From Akkermansia muciniphila (GTDB taxonomy: Bacteria; Bacillota; Clostridia; Oscillospirales; CAG-272): DNA of 64,000 nt. Below the pieces are notes generated by a model that was given only the letters and a program-made list of their open reading frames with translations, was not told the origin of the DNA and ran no database searches. The stretch covers positions 147,501 through 211,500 of the forward strand of contig CAVDSZ010000001.1 of assembly GCA_963611795.1 (NCBI GenBank). Reading direction: 5' to 3'. A program made the translations under genes and the position numbers. This document shows, in pieces, positions 9,132 to 18,417 of the stretch (position 1 is the stretch's first letter; every line of letters starts with the position of its first letter).

Positions 9132-11401
9132 ATGAAGGGAATATGCAAACGGGCAGGCAGCCTCCTGCTCACGGTCGTCCTTGTCGCGGCACTGTGCGGC
9201 GGGCTTTTCGCCTGCTCGGAGAAGACGGCGCCGACCGTCATCTCTATCGGTGCCACGGAAAAGATAGCGGCGGCACTGGCGCCGCTGGTCGAGCAGTTCA
9301 ACGGGACGAACGATGCGGGTGCCCGTACAACCCTGCACATTTATCGGACGGAAGAGATCAAGAACTACTATCTTTCCCACGGCAAGGACGACTGCGATCT
9401 TTATACGTTTGATTACGCGGTATCTGCGAACCGGTACCGAGACAACCTCGCGTCTCTCGACAGAAATGTATACGCAAACCGCTACATGGTAGTATTATGA
9501 ATTCACTCAGAGCGTCAGACGGTCATTTGTATGTCGTACCGTCTGACGGTTTTTACTATACACAGTGCTATAATATCGATTTGCTCGAACAGTACGGTCT
9601 GGAAGTCCCGACCACACTTGCCGACCTGAAGATTCTCGCCTCCCGCCTGCGTGCGAACGCCGTCGCGGAGAACCGCACAACGATCGCGAGTCTCGGCGGG
9701 CAGGACTCCGTTCTGTTTGCTCTCATGAGCGTCGCATATCCGCTTTTCCTCAGCACTGTCCGCGGGGCGGAGGCACTGCGGGGGCTCGCCGACAGCTCGC
9801 TCTCCTTTACGATTCGGCATACGAGGAGGACTGGCAGGAGGTATTCGTCAACCTGCAGGTGCTGTATAATGATCACTTTTATACCCTCGCCGATCTCGAT
9901 CGGACGACGGCGGAGGGGCTCGATCGCTTCAATGCCGGCGGGGCATTCGCCATGCAGAATTCCGCCCTCGTCGATATCTCTTCTGACATCAATGCCCGAT
10001 ACGCTCCCTTTGTGGGGGACGAGGGGCGCACGCCTGCTTCGGCTCCGTCCCCGTGCTCTACCTCGCGGCATCCCAAAAGGTCGCCTCCGCAGACGCCGAG
10101 AAATACGCCGCCGTCTCCGCCTTCTTTGACCTCTTTTCGACGGCGGAGGGGCAGGCACTCCTGCATACGGGTCAGACCGAGTACATTTCCTATCTGAAAG
10201 GCAGTACCAATACGTTACCGCCGGTGATATCCGGCTTGCAGGGTAGCGCCGATGGCGGCGGATTCTTCGACGTCGATGCCTTCTTCAACCTGTTCGGGCG
10301 TTGCGTCGACGAGATCAGCGACTTCCTGTCGAGCCGCATCAACCTCGCGACCATGATGCGGAATGTGAACAGGAAACTCGAAGAAGAGAAACACTCGGTC
10401 GAATCGTCTCTTGCCGGGATTGATACGACACTCCCGTTCGACGAGGAGCGCTCATGGCGGGAGCTGACCGAACTCGGCGCGTACTACGCAAATGCGCTCG
10501 CGAGCGTCAATTTTGTGGACGCTGCCATTCTGCCGGCGACTGCGCTCCGATGCTCGCTCCTCTCCCGGGGCACTGACCGCATCGGGACTTCATACCGTAT
10601 TTGCAGACGTGCCGCTGGTGTATGCCGAGGTGACGGTGGCAGACTTCCTGCGGGTATATAAAGAAATCCTGCGCGACTGCTATCCGCTCCTCTCGGGGCT
10701 CCGTGTCGAGGGAGATGCGGTACTGCGCGAGAGTGGGCGGCGATACCGACACCGCCGGTGGGGACTTCACCCTGACCGTCACGGTCGGCGAATTTTCGCA
10801 GACCTATTCCGTGCTGTCGCGGTATATGAAACTGAACGGCCGCGACTGCGTTATGGAAATCGCGTTCCCAATGGAGGAGGCGACCGACAGCGCTCCGAGG
10901 AACGGCGGAAATGAAAAGGCCAATCTGATGCTCCTGAATTTCTACCGCGATTCGCTGACGAAAGCGTACTCGCGCGGATACCTCGACGATTTTATGGCGA
11001 ACCTGCAGAGTTCGGACGGCGTGGCGATTGCCGACATCGACCAGTTCAAGAACATCAATGACCGGTACGGGCATCTGTTCGGCGATGCAGCCCTGCGCGC
11101 GGTGTCTGCGACAATCAAAAACGGTCTTGGGAAATCCGATGTGTTGATTCGCTACGGCGGCGATGAATTCCTCCTCCTGTTCAAGAAAATCGGGAAAGAA
11201 GAATTTTACGCAAAACTGGAGCAGATTGAGAAGAGCGTGCAGGAGATTGTCCTTGAAGAAAAACCGGAAATCCGACTCAGCATCAGTATAGGCGGCGCGT
11301 ATGAGGTACATCCCCTCGCGAAAGCCATGGCGGTCGCTGACAGTGAAATGTACAAAAACAAGGCAAAATCCAGAATGAAACAGTACTGGAGGAAGAAATG
11401 A
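9132..11401 (+). pseudogene. Frameshifted lipoprotein-type solute-binding-domain / GGDEF diguanylate cyclase gene
   Basis: ATG 9132 with a GGGAG SD and a lipobox-like signal peptide (LVAALCGGLFAC). SBP-like sequence continues through five frame changes near 9495, 9808, 10025, 10560 and 10732. It ends in an intact GGDEF domain (RYGGDEFLLLF, 10703..11401). Confidence 0.7.
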
Positions 11402-11751
11402 AAATCGAAGCGTTTTATCAGTCTGTCGGCGGTGACTACCGTAAGGTAAGCGCCCGTCTGCAAGGCGACGCGCTTATCGGTAAATTTCTTTTGAAATTTC
11501 CGCAGGATCCTTCCTATACGGATTTGCAAAAGGCACGGGCGGCGGGAGATATCCCTACCGCATACCGCGCTGTCCATACGCTGAAAGGCGTGGCGGCGAC
11601 GCTTGGGCTCGGGCGCCTGGCGACCGCCGCCTCTGCGCTCACCGAAGAACTGCGCCCGTTGGCAGCGTTCCCCGAGGACCGTTTCTTCGACGCGGTCGCT
11701 ACGGAGTACGAAGCCGTTCTTGCGGCAATTCGCGCCCTGCAGGCGGGCTGA
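11398..11751 (+). CDS. Stand-alone Hpt (histidine phosphotransfer) domain protein
   Basis: 117 aa, helical, with the Hpt signature H-x-L-K-G (AVHTLKGVAATLGL). Its ATG overlaps the GGDEF stop (ATGA at 11398-11401). Confidence 0.7.
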   Translation: MKIEAFYQSVGGDYRKVSARLQGDALIGKFLLKFPQDPSYTDLQKARAAGDIPTAYRAVHTLKGVAATLGLGRLATAASALTEELRPLAAFPEDRFFDAVATEYEAVLAAIRALQAG

Positions 11752-11863
11752 TGACTGACCGCGGCGAAGCACCCGACAGGTGACGGCATACCGGGCGACA
11801 GTTGCCGCGAGCGGCGTTCGCCCTGTGACCGGAGCCGCTCGGCAGACACCGTTCACGAAACCC

Positions 11864-11897
11864 AAAGCCCCGGCGGGAAGAATCCCGCCGGGGCTTT
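11864..11897 (+). terminator. Intrinsic terminator after the Hpt gene
   Basis: Stem AAAGCCCCGGCGGGA / TCCCGCCGGGGCTTT with a short loop and T-containing tail. Confidence 0.7.
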
Positions 11898-11970
11898 CCG
11901 TTTGCCGCTTTTAAGTCCGTTTTATCGGGTGGTTTGATTTGCTATACTGGGGATGTAGGAGGGATAGCGG

Positions 11971-12993
11971 ATGCAAACGGTGAAAGGCTGTTTTGACGTC
12001 ACGCCCGAGGGGCGTCTGGTCTCGTACCGCGGCTATGAGAGTGACGTCACGGTACCGCCCGGGGTGACGGAAATCGGAGAGCGGGCATTCTGGGGCGCGC
12101 GTCTGATGACGCGCCTGACGTTGCCCCCGTCGCTCCGCGTGATCGGGGCGTGGGGGTTCGCGGGCTGTACGTCGCTCCGCGAGGTCGCATCTTTCGGCGG
12201 GGTCACGGACATCGGGGCGCACGCTTTCTTTTCCTGCACGTCTCTTGCGGAGGTGTGGCTCCCGCCGACCGTCCGCCGTATCGGTGCGGCGGCATTTGAC
12301 GGCTGTGCGACGCTCGGGTTCCTCTCGCTCCCCGAGGCACTCACGGACATCGGGGATATGGCATTTCGCGGGTGCCGCAGCCTCCGGCGGGTGTCGGTGT
12401 CGCCAAAGAACCGTATGTTTTACGAGCGGGAGGGTGTGCTGTTCGACCGCTGCGGGCAGCTTGTTCGGTACCCGCCGGGGCGGGACGCGTTCGCCTACAC
12501 CGTACCTCCGGGGGTTCACTCTCTTGCCGGCGGCGCCTTTTCCGAGGCGACCATGCTACGCGAGGTCGGACTTCCGGGGAGCCTCATACGGATCGGGCCG
12601 GGGGCTTTCTATCGGGCGAAACACCTGCGCTCACTCGACCTGCCGCCCCGCGTGACGGAGATCGGCGCGGAGGCGTTCGGCGCCTGCGAGGCGCTCGCGC
12701 GCGTAGGCTTGCCCTGTGGACTGACAACGGTGCCGCCACTCGCCTTTTTCGGCTGTGCGGGGCTCACCGACATCGCGCTCCCGCCCGGGGTGACGAAAAT
12801 CGGGGAGGGGGCATTTCTCGGCTGTCGATCGCTCCGCTCGGTCACGGCGGGTCGTCTCCGCGTCGTCGGAGAGAATGCGTTCTCCGACTGCGGCTCGCTC
12901 CGCTCGGTGGCGGCAAAGGCGCTCCCACGGGTCGAGACGCGCGGGAATGGAGCGTTTTTCGCCGCCGCTCGGAAAAATCCGGGCAGGGGTTGA
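11971..12993 (+). CDS. BspA-like leucine-rich repeat protein (LRR_5 type)
   Basis: 340 aa made of about 23-aa repeats of the form LPxxVxxIGxxAFxGCxSLxxV. GGAGGGA SD precedes the start. No N-terminal signal peptide is visible. Confidence 0.8.
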   Translation: MQTVKGCFDVTPEGRLVSYRGYESDVTVPPGVTEIGERAFWGARLMTRLTLPPSLRVIGAWGFAGCTSLREVASFGGVTDIGAHAFFSCTSLAEVWLPPTVRRIGAAAFDGCATLGFLSLPEALTDIGDMAFRGCRSLRRVSVSPKNRMFYEREGVLFDRCGQLVRYPPGRDAFAYTVPPGVHSLAGGAFSEATMLREVGLPGSLIRIGPGAFYRAKHLRSLDLPPRVTEIGAEAFGACEALARVGLPCGLTTVPPLAFFGCAGLTDIALPPGVTKIGEGAFLGCRSLRSVTAGRLRVVGENAFSDCGSLRSVAAKALPRVETRGNGAFFAAARKNPGRG

Positions 12994-13018
12994 CAAAGCC
13001 GCCGGGGGCGCGTATAAT
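12990..13018 (+). promoter_or_regulatory. Sigma-A-type promoter for the T-box/trpB2 transcript
   Basis: TTGACA (12990-12995), 17-nt spacer, TATAAT (13013-13018). The -35 overlaps the LRR gene stop. Confidence 0.7.
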
Positions 13019-13024
13019 GAGAAC

Positions 13025-13300
13025 AATTACAAACCGATGAGAAAGAGGAGTAGCGATACAACCCTTTTGCCAAGAGAGCCGCGGGCGGTGGGATCGCGGT
13101 CAAGAGCGTATCGTGAATGGACTTTTGAGGGCGATGCCGAGCGCGTCACGCGGGTAGGCACCGACGGGCTTGCCTCCGTTACCGTGGCAGGGTGTATGTT
13201 TGTACGCCATGAGTGGCCGTCCGCCGGACGGCAAGTTGGGTGGCACCGCAGAGTTTTTTCTGCCCCGACAGCGAAAATCGCTGTCGGGTTTTTATTTTTT
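13025..13300 (+). promoter_or_regulatory. T-box leader, tryptophan specifier (UGG)
   Basis: Stem I start GAUGAGAAAGAGGAGUAG, then AGAGAG and GGUGGGA elements. The specifier context is GAA-UGG-A (UGG at 13118-13120). T-box sequence AGUUGGGUGGCACCGCAG lies at 13234-13251. Terminator stem CCCCGACAGCG/CGCTGTCGGG (13263-13288) is followed by TTTTTATTTTTT. Confidence 0.85.
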
Positions 13301-13336
13301 GGGGGCGTGCGAAGGCACGGGAAAGGAAGGTAAACC

Positions 13337-14707
13337 ATGTGCGAGATCCCTTACAAAATCTATCTGGAAGAATCGGAGATGCCGCGGGCATGGTATAACG
13401 TGCGCGCTGCCATGAAAGGGAAGCCGGCGCCGCTCCTGCACCCGGCGACCCTCCGCCCCATGACGGCGGATGACCTGCGCCCCGTCTTCTGCGACGAACT
13501 CATCGCGCAGGAACTCGATGACACGACGGAATATTTCCCGATCCCCGAGGAGATACGGGATTTTTATAAAATGTATCGCCCCTCGCCGCTCGTGCGTGCT
13601 TATTGCCTCGAAAAAGAACTCGCGACCCCGGCGAAAATTTACTATAAATTCGAGGGCAACAACACCTCGGGCAGTCATAAACTGAATTCCGCCATTGCGC
13701 AGGCATACTACGCGAAGAAGCAGGGGCTCCGCGGCATCACAACCGAGACTGGCGCGGGGCAATGGGGGACGGCGCTCTCCATGGCGTGCGCATACCTGGG
13801 GCTGGACTGCAAGGTCTTTATGGTGAGGGTGAGTTACGAGCAGAAACCTCAGCGCCGCGAAGTCATGCGTACCTACGGCGCGGACGTCACGCCTTCGCCC
13901 TCTGCGACGACCGCCGTCGGACGCAAAATTCTCGAGGAATTCCCCGGCACGGGCGGCTCTCTCGGCTGTGCCATCTCGGAGGCGGTCGAGGCGGCGACGA
14001 CCCGCGAGGAATACCGGTATGTCCTCGGCAGTGTGCTGAACCAGGTACTCCTGCACCAGAGCGTCATCGGACTGGAGTGCAAGACCGCTCTTGACAAATA
14101 CGGTGTGAAGCCGGATATCATCATCGGCTGTGCGGGCGGCGGCTCCAACCTCGGCGGGTTGATCTCGCCGTTTGTGGGCGAGCAGTTGCGCGGGGAGGCG
14201 GAATACCGTTTCATCGCCGTCGAGCCGGCGTCCTGCCCGAGCCTGACGCGCGGCAGATTCGCCTATGATTATTGCGACACGGGCATGGTCTGCCCGCTCG
14301 CCAAGATGTACACGCTCGGGAGCGGCTTTATGCCGGCGCCGAACCATGCCGGCGGGCTCCGCTATCATGGCATGAACCCCACGCTCTCGCAGTTGTACGC
14401 CGATGGGCTCCTCGAGGCGCGTTCGGTCGGGCAGACGCAGGTATTTGCGGCGGCGGAGCGTTTCGCCCGCTGTGAGGGGATCCTCCCGGCGCCCGAGAGC
14501 AGTCACGCGATCTGTGCCGCGATTGACGAGGCGCTCCTCTGCCGCGAGACGGGCGAGGAAAAGACCATCCTCTTTGGTCTGACCGGTACGGGCTATTTTG
14601 ACATGACTGCCTACGCGCAGTATAACGACGGGAAGATGACCGATGACATTCCGACGGATGCGGATCTCGCCCGCGGATTTGCTTCCATGCCCCGGATCGA
14701 CATCTGA
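13337..14707 (+). CDS. TrpB-like PLP-dependent enzyme (tryptophan synthase beta-chain paralogue, TrpB2 class)
   Basis: 456 aa with the extended TrpB2-type N-terminus. The PLP-lysine region is FEGNNTSGSHKLNSA, and GCAGGGSN is present. No trpA is adjacent. Confidence 0.85.
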   Translation: MCEIPYKIYLEESEMPRAWYNVRAAMKGKPAPLLHPATLRPMTADDLRPVFCDELIAQELDDTTEYFPIPEEIRDFYKMYRPSPLVRAYCLEKELATPAKIYYKFEGNNTSGSHKLNSAIAQAYYAKKQGLRGITTETGAGQWGTALSMACAYLGLDCKVFMVRVSYEQKPQRREVMRTYGADVTPSPSATTAVGRKILEEFPGTGGSLGCAISEAVEAATTREEYRYVLGSVLNQVLLHQSVIGLECKTALDKYGVKPDIIIGCAGGGSNLGGLISPFVGEQLRGEAEYRFIAVEPASCPSLTRGRFAYDYCDTGMVCPLAKMYTLGSGFMPAPNHAGGLRYHGMNPTLSQLYADGLLEARSVGQTQVFAAAERFARCEGILPAPESSHAICAAIDEALLCRETGEEKTILFGLTGTGYFDMTAYAQYNDGKMTDDIPTDADLARGFASMPRIDI

Positions 14708-14757
14708 ACTCGTTTCGGCACGTCGGGGACAGCTGGCAAAGGAGATGAAAGGAAAAT

Positions 14758-14793
14758 ACAGTGCGGAGCCGCAGTTTTTCGACTCCGCACTGT
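14758..14793. terminator. Hairpin between convergent trpB2 and the 143-aa gene
   Basis: 11-bp stem ACAGTGCGGAG / CTCCGCACTGT with a 14-nt loop. Confidence 0.6.
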
Positions 14794-14837
14794 TATTCAG
14801 ACGACACGCCCTAGGTGTAAAACATACGGACACGCTT

Positions 14838-15269
14838 TCAGAGATAGGGGCGCAATTCCTTTTCCATGGTGTCCTCTAGTGAGATGAGGCGGCGCGCCAC
14901 GTTGCGTGCGCCCTCGTCGGCGTCCGAGTATTTGTTCAGATACCGGGAGAGCGACTTGACGCCCATGTGGCACCCGTCGGTGAGCAGAGAGGCGATGGTC
15001 TCGTCCGTGCAGTCGAAGCCGAGCTTCATACCGGTCTTGACGTGCGCCATGCCTTTTGCCATTGGGTTCGGGTCTTTACCCTCGTCACCGTAGGTATCGA
15101 GTTGATCGCGAATCTCACGCTGCATTTTGGCGTGGGAATTCTTCTGGTCCTCGATGTGGTGGCGGAAATCCTCGTGTGTAATCTTTCCGTACACGTTTTC
15201 AATGGCGGATATGCCCATTTTGATGCCCGCGTCGCATTCGCGGAGCAGTTTGATTGTATCTTCTCGCAT
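14838..15269 (-). CDS. Hypothetical helical-bundle protein (DUF2383-like from memory)
   Basis: 143-aa ORF with coding-like composition, helical and charged. From memory it resembles small clostridial proteins carrying the ...LLRECDAGIKMG...DGCHMGVKSL... pattern. Function is unknown. Confidence 0.55.
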   Translation of the reverse strand: MREDTIKLLRECDAGIKMGISAIENVYGKITHEDFRHHIEDQKNSHAKMQREIRDQLDTYGDEGKDPNPMAKGMAHVKTGMKLGFDCTDETIASLLTDGCHMGVKSLSRYLNKYSDADEGARNVARRLISLEDTMEKELRPYL

Positions 15270-15428
15270 GTGTGTCTCCTTTTCGGCGATTCATTGATTC
15301 GCGTTTTTAGTGTGCCCCGCAGGGAACGCTTCAAACAAAGCGGCACACAAAAGAAACGGAGAGGCGCCGCAAAATGCGGCGCCTCTTTGTGAAAAAAGAT
15401 GTAAAACAGAAAAGAGAACGGTTTCGGT

Positions 15429-16874
15429 TTACTTTTTCAGCCAGGTCGACGGCAGGCAGGTGAGCAGCAGCGGATAGATTTCGAGCCGCCCGAGGAGCAT
15501 CGCGACGGAAAGGACAAACTTTGAGAATCCCGAATAAGCGGAGAAACTCGTGAGCGTCCGACTGAAAAGAGGACCGATGTTGTTGAAACAGGAAATCGCG
15601 GCGCTGAGGTTGGTCTCAATTGTAAAAACGCTGTCTTTTTCCAGACAGAGCAAAAGGAACACGAGAACCGTCGACAGCGTGTAAAGCGAGAGGTAGGAGT
15701 GGACGCCCGAGAGCGTATCGTCGTCGATGCGCTTACCCTCCATCTTGACGACTGTGACGGTGCGGGGGTGCAGGACACGCCGGAGTCTGCCCGCCATGGA
15801 TTTAAAGAGAATGACGACACGCGAAACCTTGAAGCCGCCGGCAGTCGATCCGGCGCAACCGCCAATCAGCATGAGCGTGAGCAGAACCGCTTTGGAGAGC
15901 GTCGGCCATAGGCTGAAGTTCGCCGTCGCGTAGCCCGTCGTCGTCATAATGGACGATACCTGGAAGAAGGAGAGACGGAGTGCCTCGGCAAATCCCGAGC
16001 AAAGCGAGAAAATGTTATAGCAGATGAGCCCGGTCGCTCCGAGCATGATGCCGATGTAGACCCAAAGCTCGGTACTGCGGAGTGCCGACGAGAATCTCCG
16101 CAGGAGCATAAGGTAGTAGAGGTTAAAGTTGATGCCGAAGAGGAACATAAAGACAGCGATTACCCATTGCAGATAGGGCGAGTAAGACGTGATGCTGTCG
16201 TTCCTAATGCCGAAACCGCCTGTGCCGGCGGTGCCGAACGCGTGGACAAGGCTGTCGAAGAAGGACATACCGCCCGCCAGCAGGAAAATCACTTCCAGCG
16301 CGGTCATGGCAATGTAGATGATATAGAGAATCATCGCCGTCGTGCGGGCGCGGGGGACGAGTTTATCGACGATGGGACCGGGCATTTCGGCGCGGAGGAT
16401 ATGAATGGAGCGCTCCGGCACGCGGACAGTGACCGCCATGACGAAGACGAGCACGCCCATACCGCCGATCCAGTGGGTGAAACTCCGCCAGAAGAGCAGA
16501 CCGTGGCTCATGGTCTCCACATTGTCGAGAATCGTGGCACCCGTCGTCGTAAAGCCGCTGACCGTCTCAAAGAACGCGTCGATAAAGACGGGAATCTCGC
16601 GGCTGATGACGAAGGGGAGCGCGCCGAAGAAGGAGACGGCAATCCACGCGAGCGCGACGATGACAAGCCCCTCTTTCGAAAACAGCGTGCGGTCTTTCGG
16701 TCGAAGGGTCAGGCAGATGAGTCCCCCGATGGCAAGCGTGATGCCAATCGTGATGAGGAAAGCCCAGGCGCACGTTTCACGGTAGATAATCGAGACGAGG
16801 AGCGGCAGGAGCAGGAGCGCCGCTTCGGTGAGGAGCACCGACCCCGTCGTGAAGTAAATCATACGGTGGTTCAA
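15429..16874 (-). CDS. trkH: Trk-type potassium uptake protein, membrane subunit
   Basis: 481-aa polytopic protein with repeated selectivity-filter-like segments (TTTGAT, TAGTGGFG, TTTGYAT, CAGSTAGGFK). Confidence 0.9.
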   Translation of the reverse strand: MNHRMIYFTTGSVLLTEAALLLLPLLVSIIYRETCAWAFLITIGITLAIGGLICLTLRPKDRTLFSKEGLVIVALAWIAVSFFGALPFVISREIPVFIDAFFETVSGFTTTGATILDNVETMSHGLLFWRSFTHWIGGMGVLVFVMAVTVRVPERSIHILRAEMPGPIVDKLVPRARTTAMILYIIYIAMTALEVIFLLAGGMSFFDSLVHAFGTAGTGGFGIRNDSITSYSPYLQWVIAVFMFLFGINFNLYYLMLLRRFSSALRSTELWVYIGIMLGATGLICYNIFSLCSGFAEALRLSFFQVSSIMTTTGYATANFSLWPTLSKAVLLTLMLIGGCAGSTAGGFKVSRVVILFKSMAGRLRRVLHPRTVTVVKMEGKRIDDDTLSGVHSYLSLYTLSTVLVFLLLCLEKDSVFTIETNLSAAISCFNNIGPLFSRTLTSFSAYSGFSKFVLSVAMLLGRLEIYPLLLTCLPSTWLKK

Positions 16875-16883
16875 AGGGGAGCC

Positions 16884-18248
16884 TCACTTTCTCCGGAAGA
16901 TGTCTTCCAGATCGTAGACGGAAATGCCCGCTGCGACGATGACGACACGGTCGCCGGGGAGAATGACGTCATCGCCGCCGGGGATAATGCAGGCGGAGCC
17001 GCGCGTAATGGCAGCGAGCAGGGTGCCGCCCGTGAGCGTGAGGTCGCGGAGCGGAATGTTCGCAAACGGGAAATCGGAGAGGACGTTGAATTCCAGTGCC
17101 TCGGCGGCGCCGTTCATCAGGCTGTAAAGCGTCTCGACCTTGCTCCCCTCGGAATTCTCGAGCGCGCGTGCATACTGCGCGAGGACGTCAGAAATGATGA
17201 CTTTCGGCGACAGGATACTGTCGAGCCCGAGTTTCTCGGACAGCGCGCCGAGTTCGTCCTGATTGACCTTGGAGACGACTTTGCCGACCCCTTGTGACAT
17301 GGCGTAGAAAGAAATCAGGATATTCTCTTCGTCGCGCCCCGTGAGGGCGACCACGGCGTCCATTTTATCAAGTCCTTCTTCCGCGAGCAAATCCTGGTGC
17401 ATACAGTCGCCCTGAATGACGGTTGCGCCGGAAAGTCGTTCACAGACCTCCTCGCACCGCTCCGGGTTCTTCTCGATAACCTTGACGGAGTTGCCGGCGC
17501 CGATGAGCAGACGCGCGAGGTAGTAAGACGTCGTACTCGCTCCGAGCACCATGACATCGCGTACCTGCTTCTGGACAAGCCCCAGCATCTTGAGGATTCT
17601 GTGCATATCCGACGTCGCGCTGATGAGGGCGATATGGTCGCCGCCGTGCAGGGTGGAATTACCGGAGGGGATATGTACTTTTTCACCGTGTCGAATGACC
17701 GCCACGAGGTACTTCCCTGGGTACTTTTTACGGATATCGGACAGCGCCATGCCGTCGAGCGGGGAGCCTTGCCGCAGTACGACTTCGACGAGTTCCTGCC
17801 TTCGGTCGGAGAAGGTCTCGACCTTGGCGACCGACGGGAGTTTCAAAATATTGAAAATCGCCTGCGCCATCATGAGTTCCGGGTTGATGGACATGGAAAG
17901 TTCGAGCTGTTCCATCATATAGTGGAAACCGTCGTTGTTATATTCCGAGTTGCGGACACGGGCGACCGTGTGTTTCGCCCCGATTTTACGGGCGACGAAA
18001 CAGCTCAGCATATTGAATTCGTCGGAGCCGGTGACGGCGATGAACAGGTCGCACCCGGCGACCCCTGCTTCCGTCAAACTGTCATAAGACGTTGCGTTAC
18101 CGCAGAAGCCGATGACGTCATGCCGTTCCGTAATCTCTTTGAGGACGGCAGGGTCGTTGTCAATGACAATGACATCGTGTTCTTCTTTCGCCATACGGGC
18201 GGTCAGTGTTGCGCCGATCTTGCCGCATCCGACAATGATGACTTTCAT
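16884..18248 (-). CDS. trkA: Trk system NAD-binding subunit
   Basis: 454 aa with two tandem RCK modules. Each starts with a Rossmann motif (MKVIIVGCGKIG and VMVLGASTTS). It lies 9 nt upstream of trkH. Confidence 0.9.
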   Translation of the reverse strand: MKVIIVGCGKIGATLTARMAKEEHDVIVIDNDPAVLKEITERHDVIGFCGNATSYDSLTEAGVAGCDLFIAVTGSDEFNMLSCFVARKIGAKHTVARVRNSEYNNDGFHYMMEQLELSMSINPELMMAQAIFNILKLPSVAKVETFSDRRQELVEVVLRQGSPLDGMALSDIRKKYPGKYLVAVIRHGEKVHIPSGNSTLHGGDHIALISATSDMHRILKMLGLVQKQVRDVMVLGASTTSYYLARLLIGAGNSVKVIEKNPERCEEVCERLSGATVIQGDCMHQDLLAEEGLDKMDAVVALTGRDEENILISFYAMSQGVGKVVSKVNQDELGALSEKLGLDSILSPKVIISDVLAQYARALENSEGSKVETLYSLMNGAAEALEFNVLSDFPFANIPLRDLTLTGGTLLAAITRGSACIIPGGDDVILPGDRVVIVAAGISVYDLEDIFRRK

Positions 18249-18387
18249 GGTTTCTCCTTTTGCGCCGCGCGTTTTTTATGGGAATCGCTATACGGCTTCT
18301 CTTATATTACCACATTTCGTGCGTGACCGCAAGGATAAAATGCAACTCGGTAAAGCAAATCAAATGCAACTGCCTGTGGCTGTCCTC

Positions 18388-18417
18388 TTGACAACGCGCG
18401 CGCGCGGGGAGTACAAT
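18388..18417 (+). promoter_or_regulatory. Candidate sigma-A promoter for cysK
   Basis: TTGACA (18388-18393), 18-nt CG-alternating spacer, TACAAT (18412-18417). Confidence 0.55.

Noticed and set aside
9132-11401. The frameshifts in the SBP-GGDEF gene could be sequencing or assembly errors rather than biology.
   Set aside because: This is not fully excluded. However, about 55 other genes in the window are uninterrupted, so five indels confined to one 2.3-kb gene favours true pseudogenisation. I kept it as a finding with a read-level check.
13292-14833. Very long antisense or alternate-frame ORFs throughout the track. Examples: 13292..14833 (-), 18360..19502 (-), 18916..20322 (-), 24303..25667 (+), 21943..23337 (+), 20682..21842 (+), 5314..6330 (-), 6327..7616 (-), 16167..17297 (+), 36099..37382 (+), 37439..38767 (+), 52148..53392 (-), 41708..42601 (+).
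   Set aside because: Each lies opposite or out of frame with a gene that has clear family motifs. Their translations are Arg/Gly/Pro/Ala/His-rich with no motifs and no SD. This is typical of stop-codon-poor shadow frames in GC-rich DNA.
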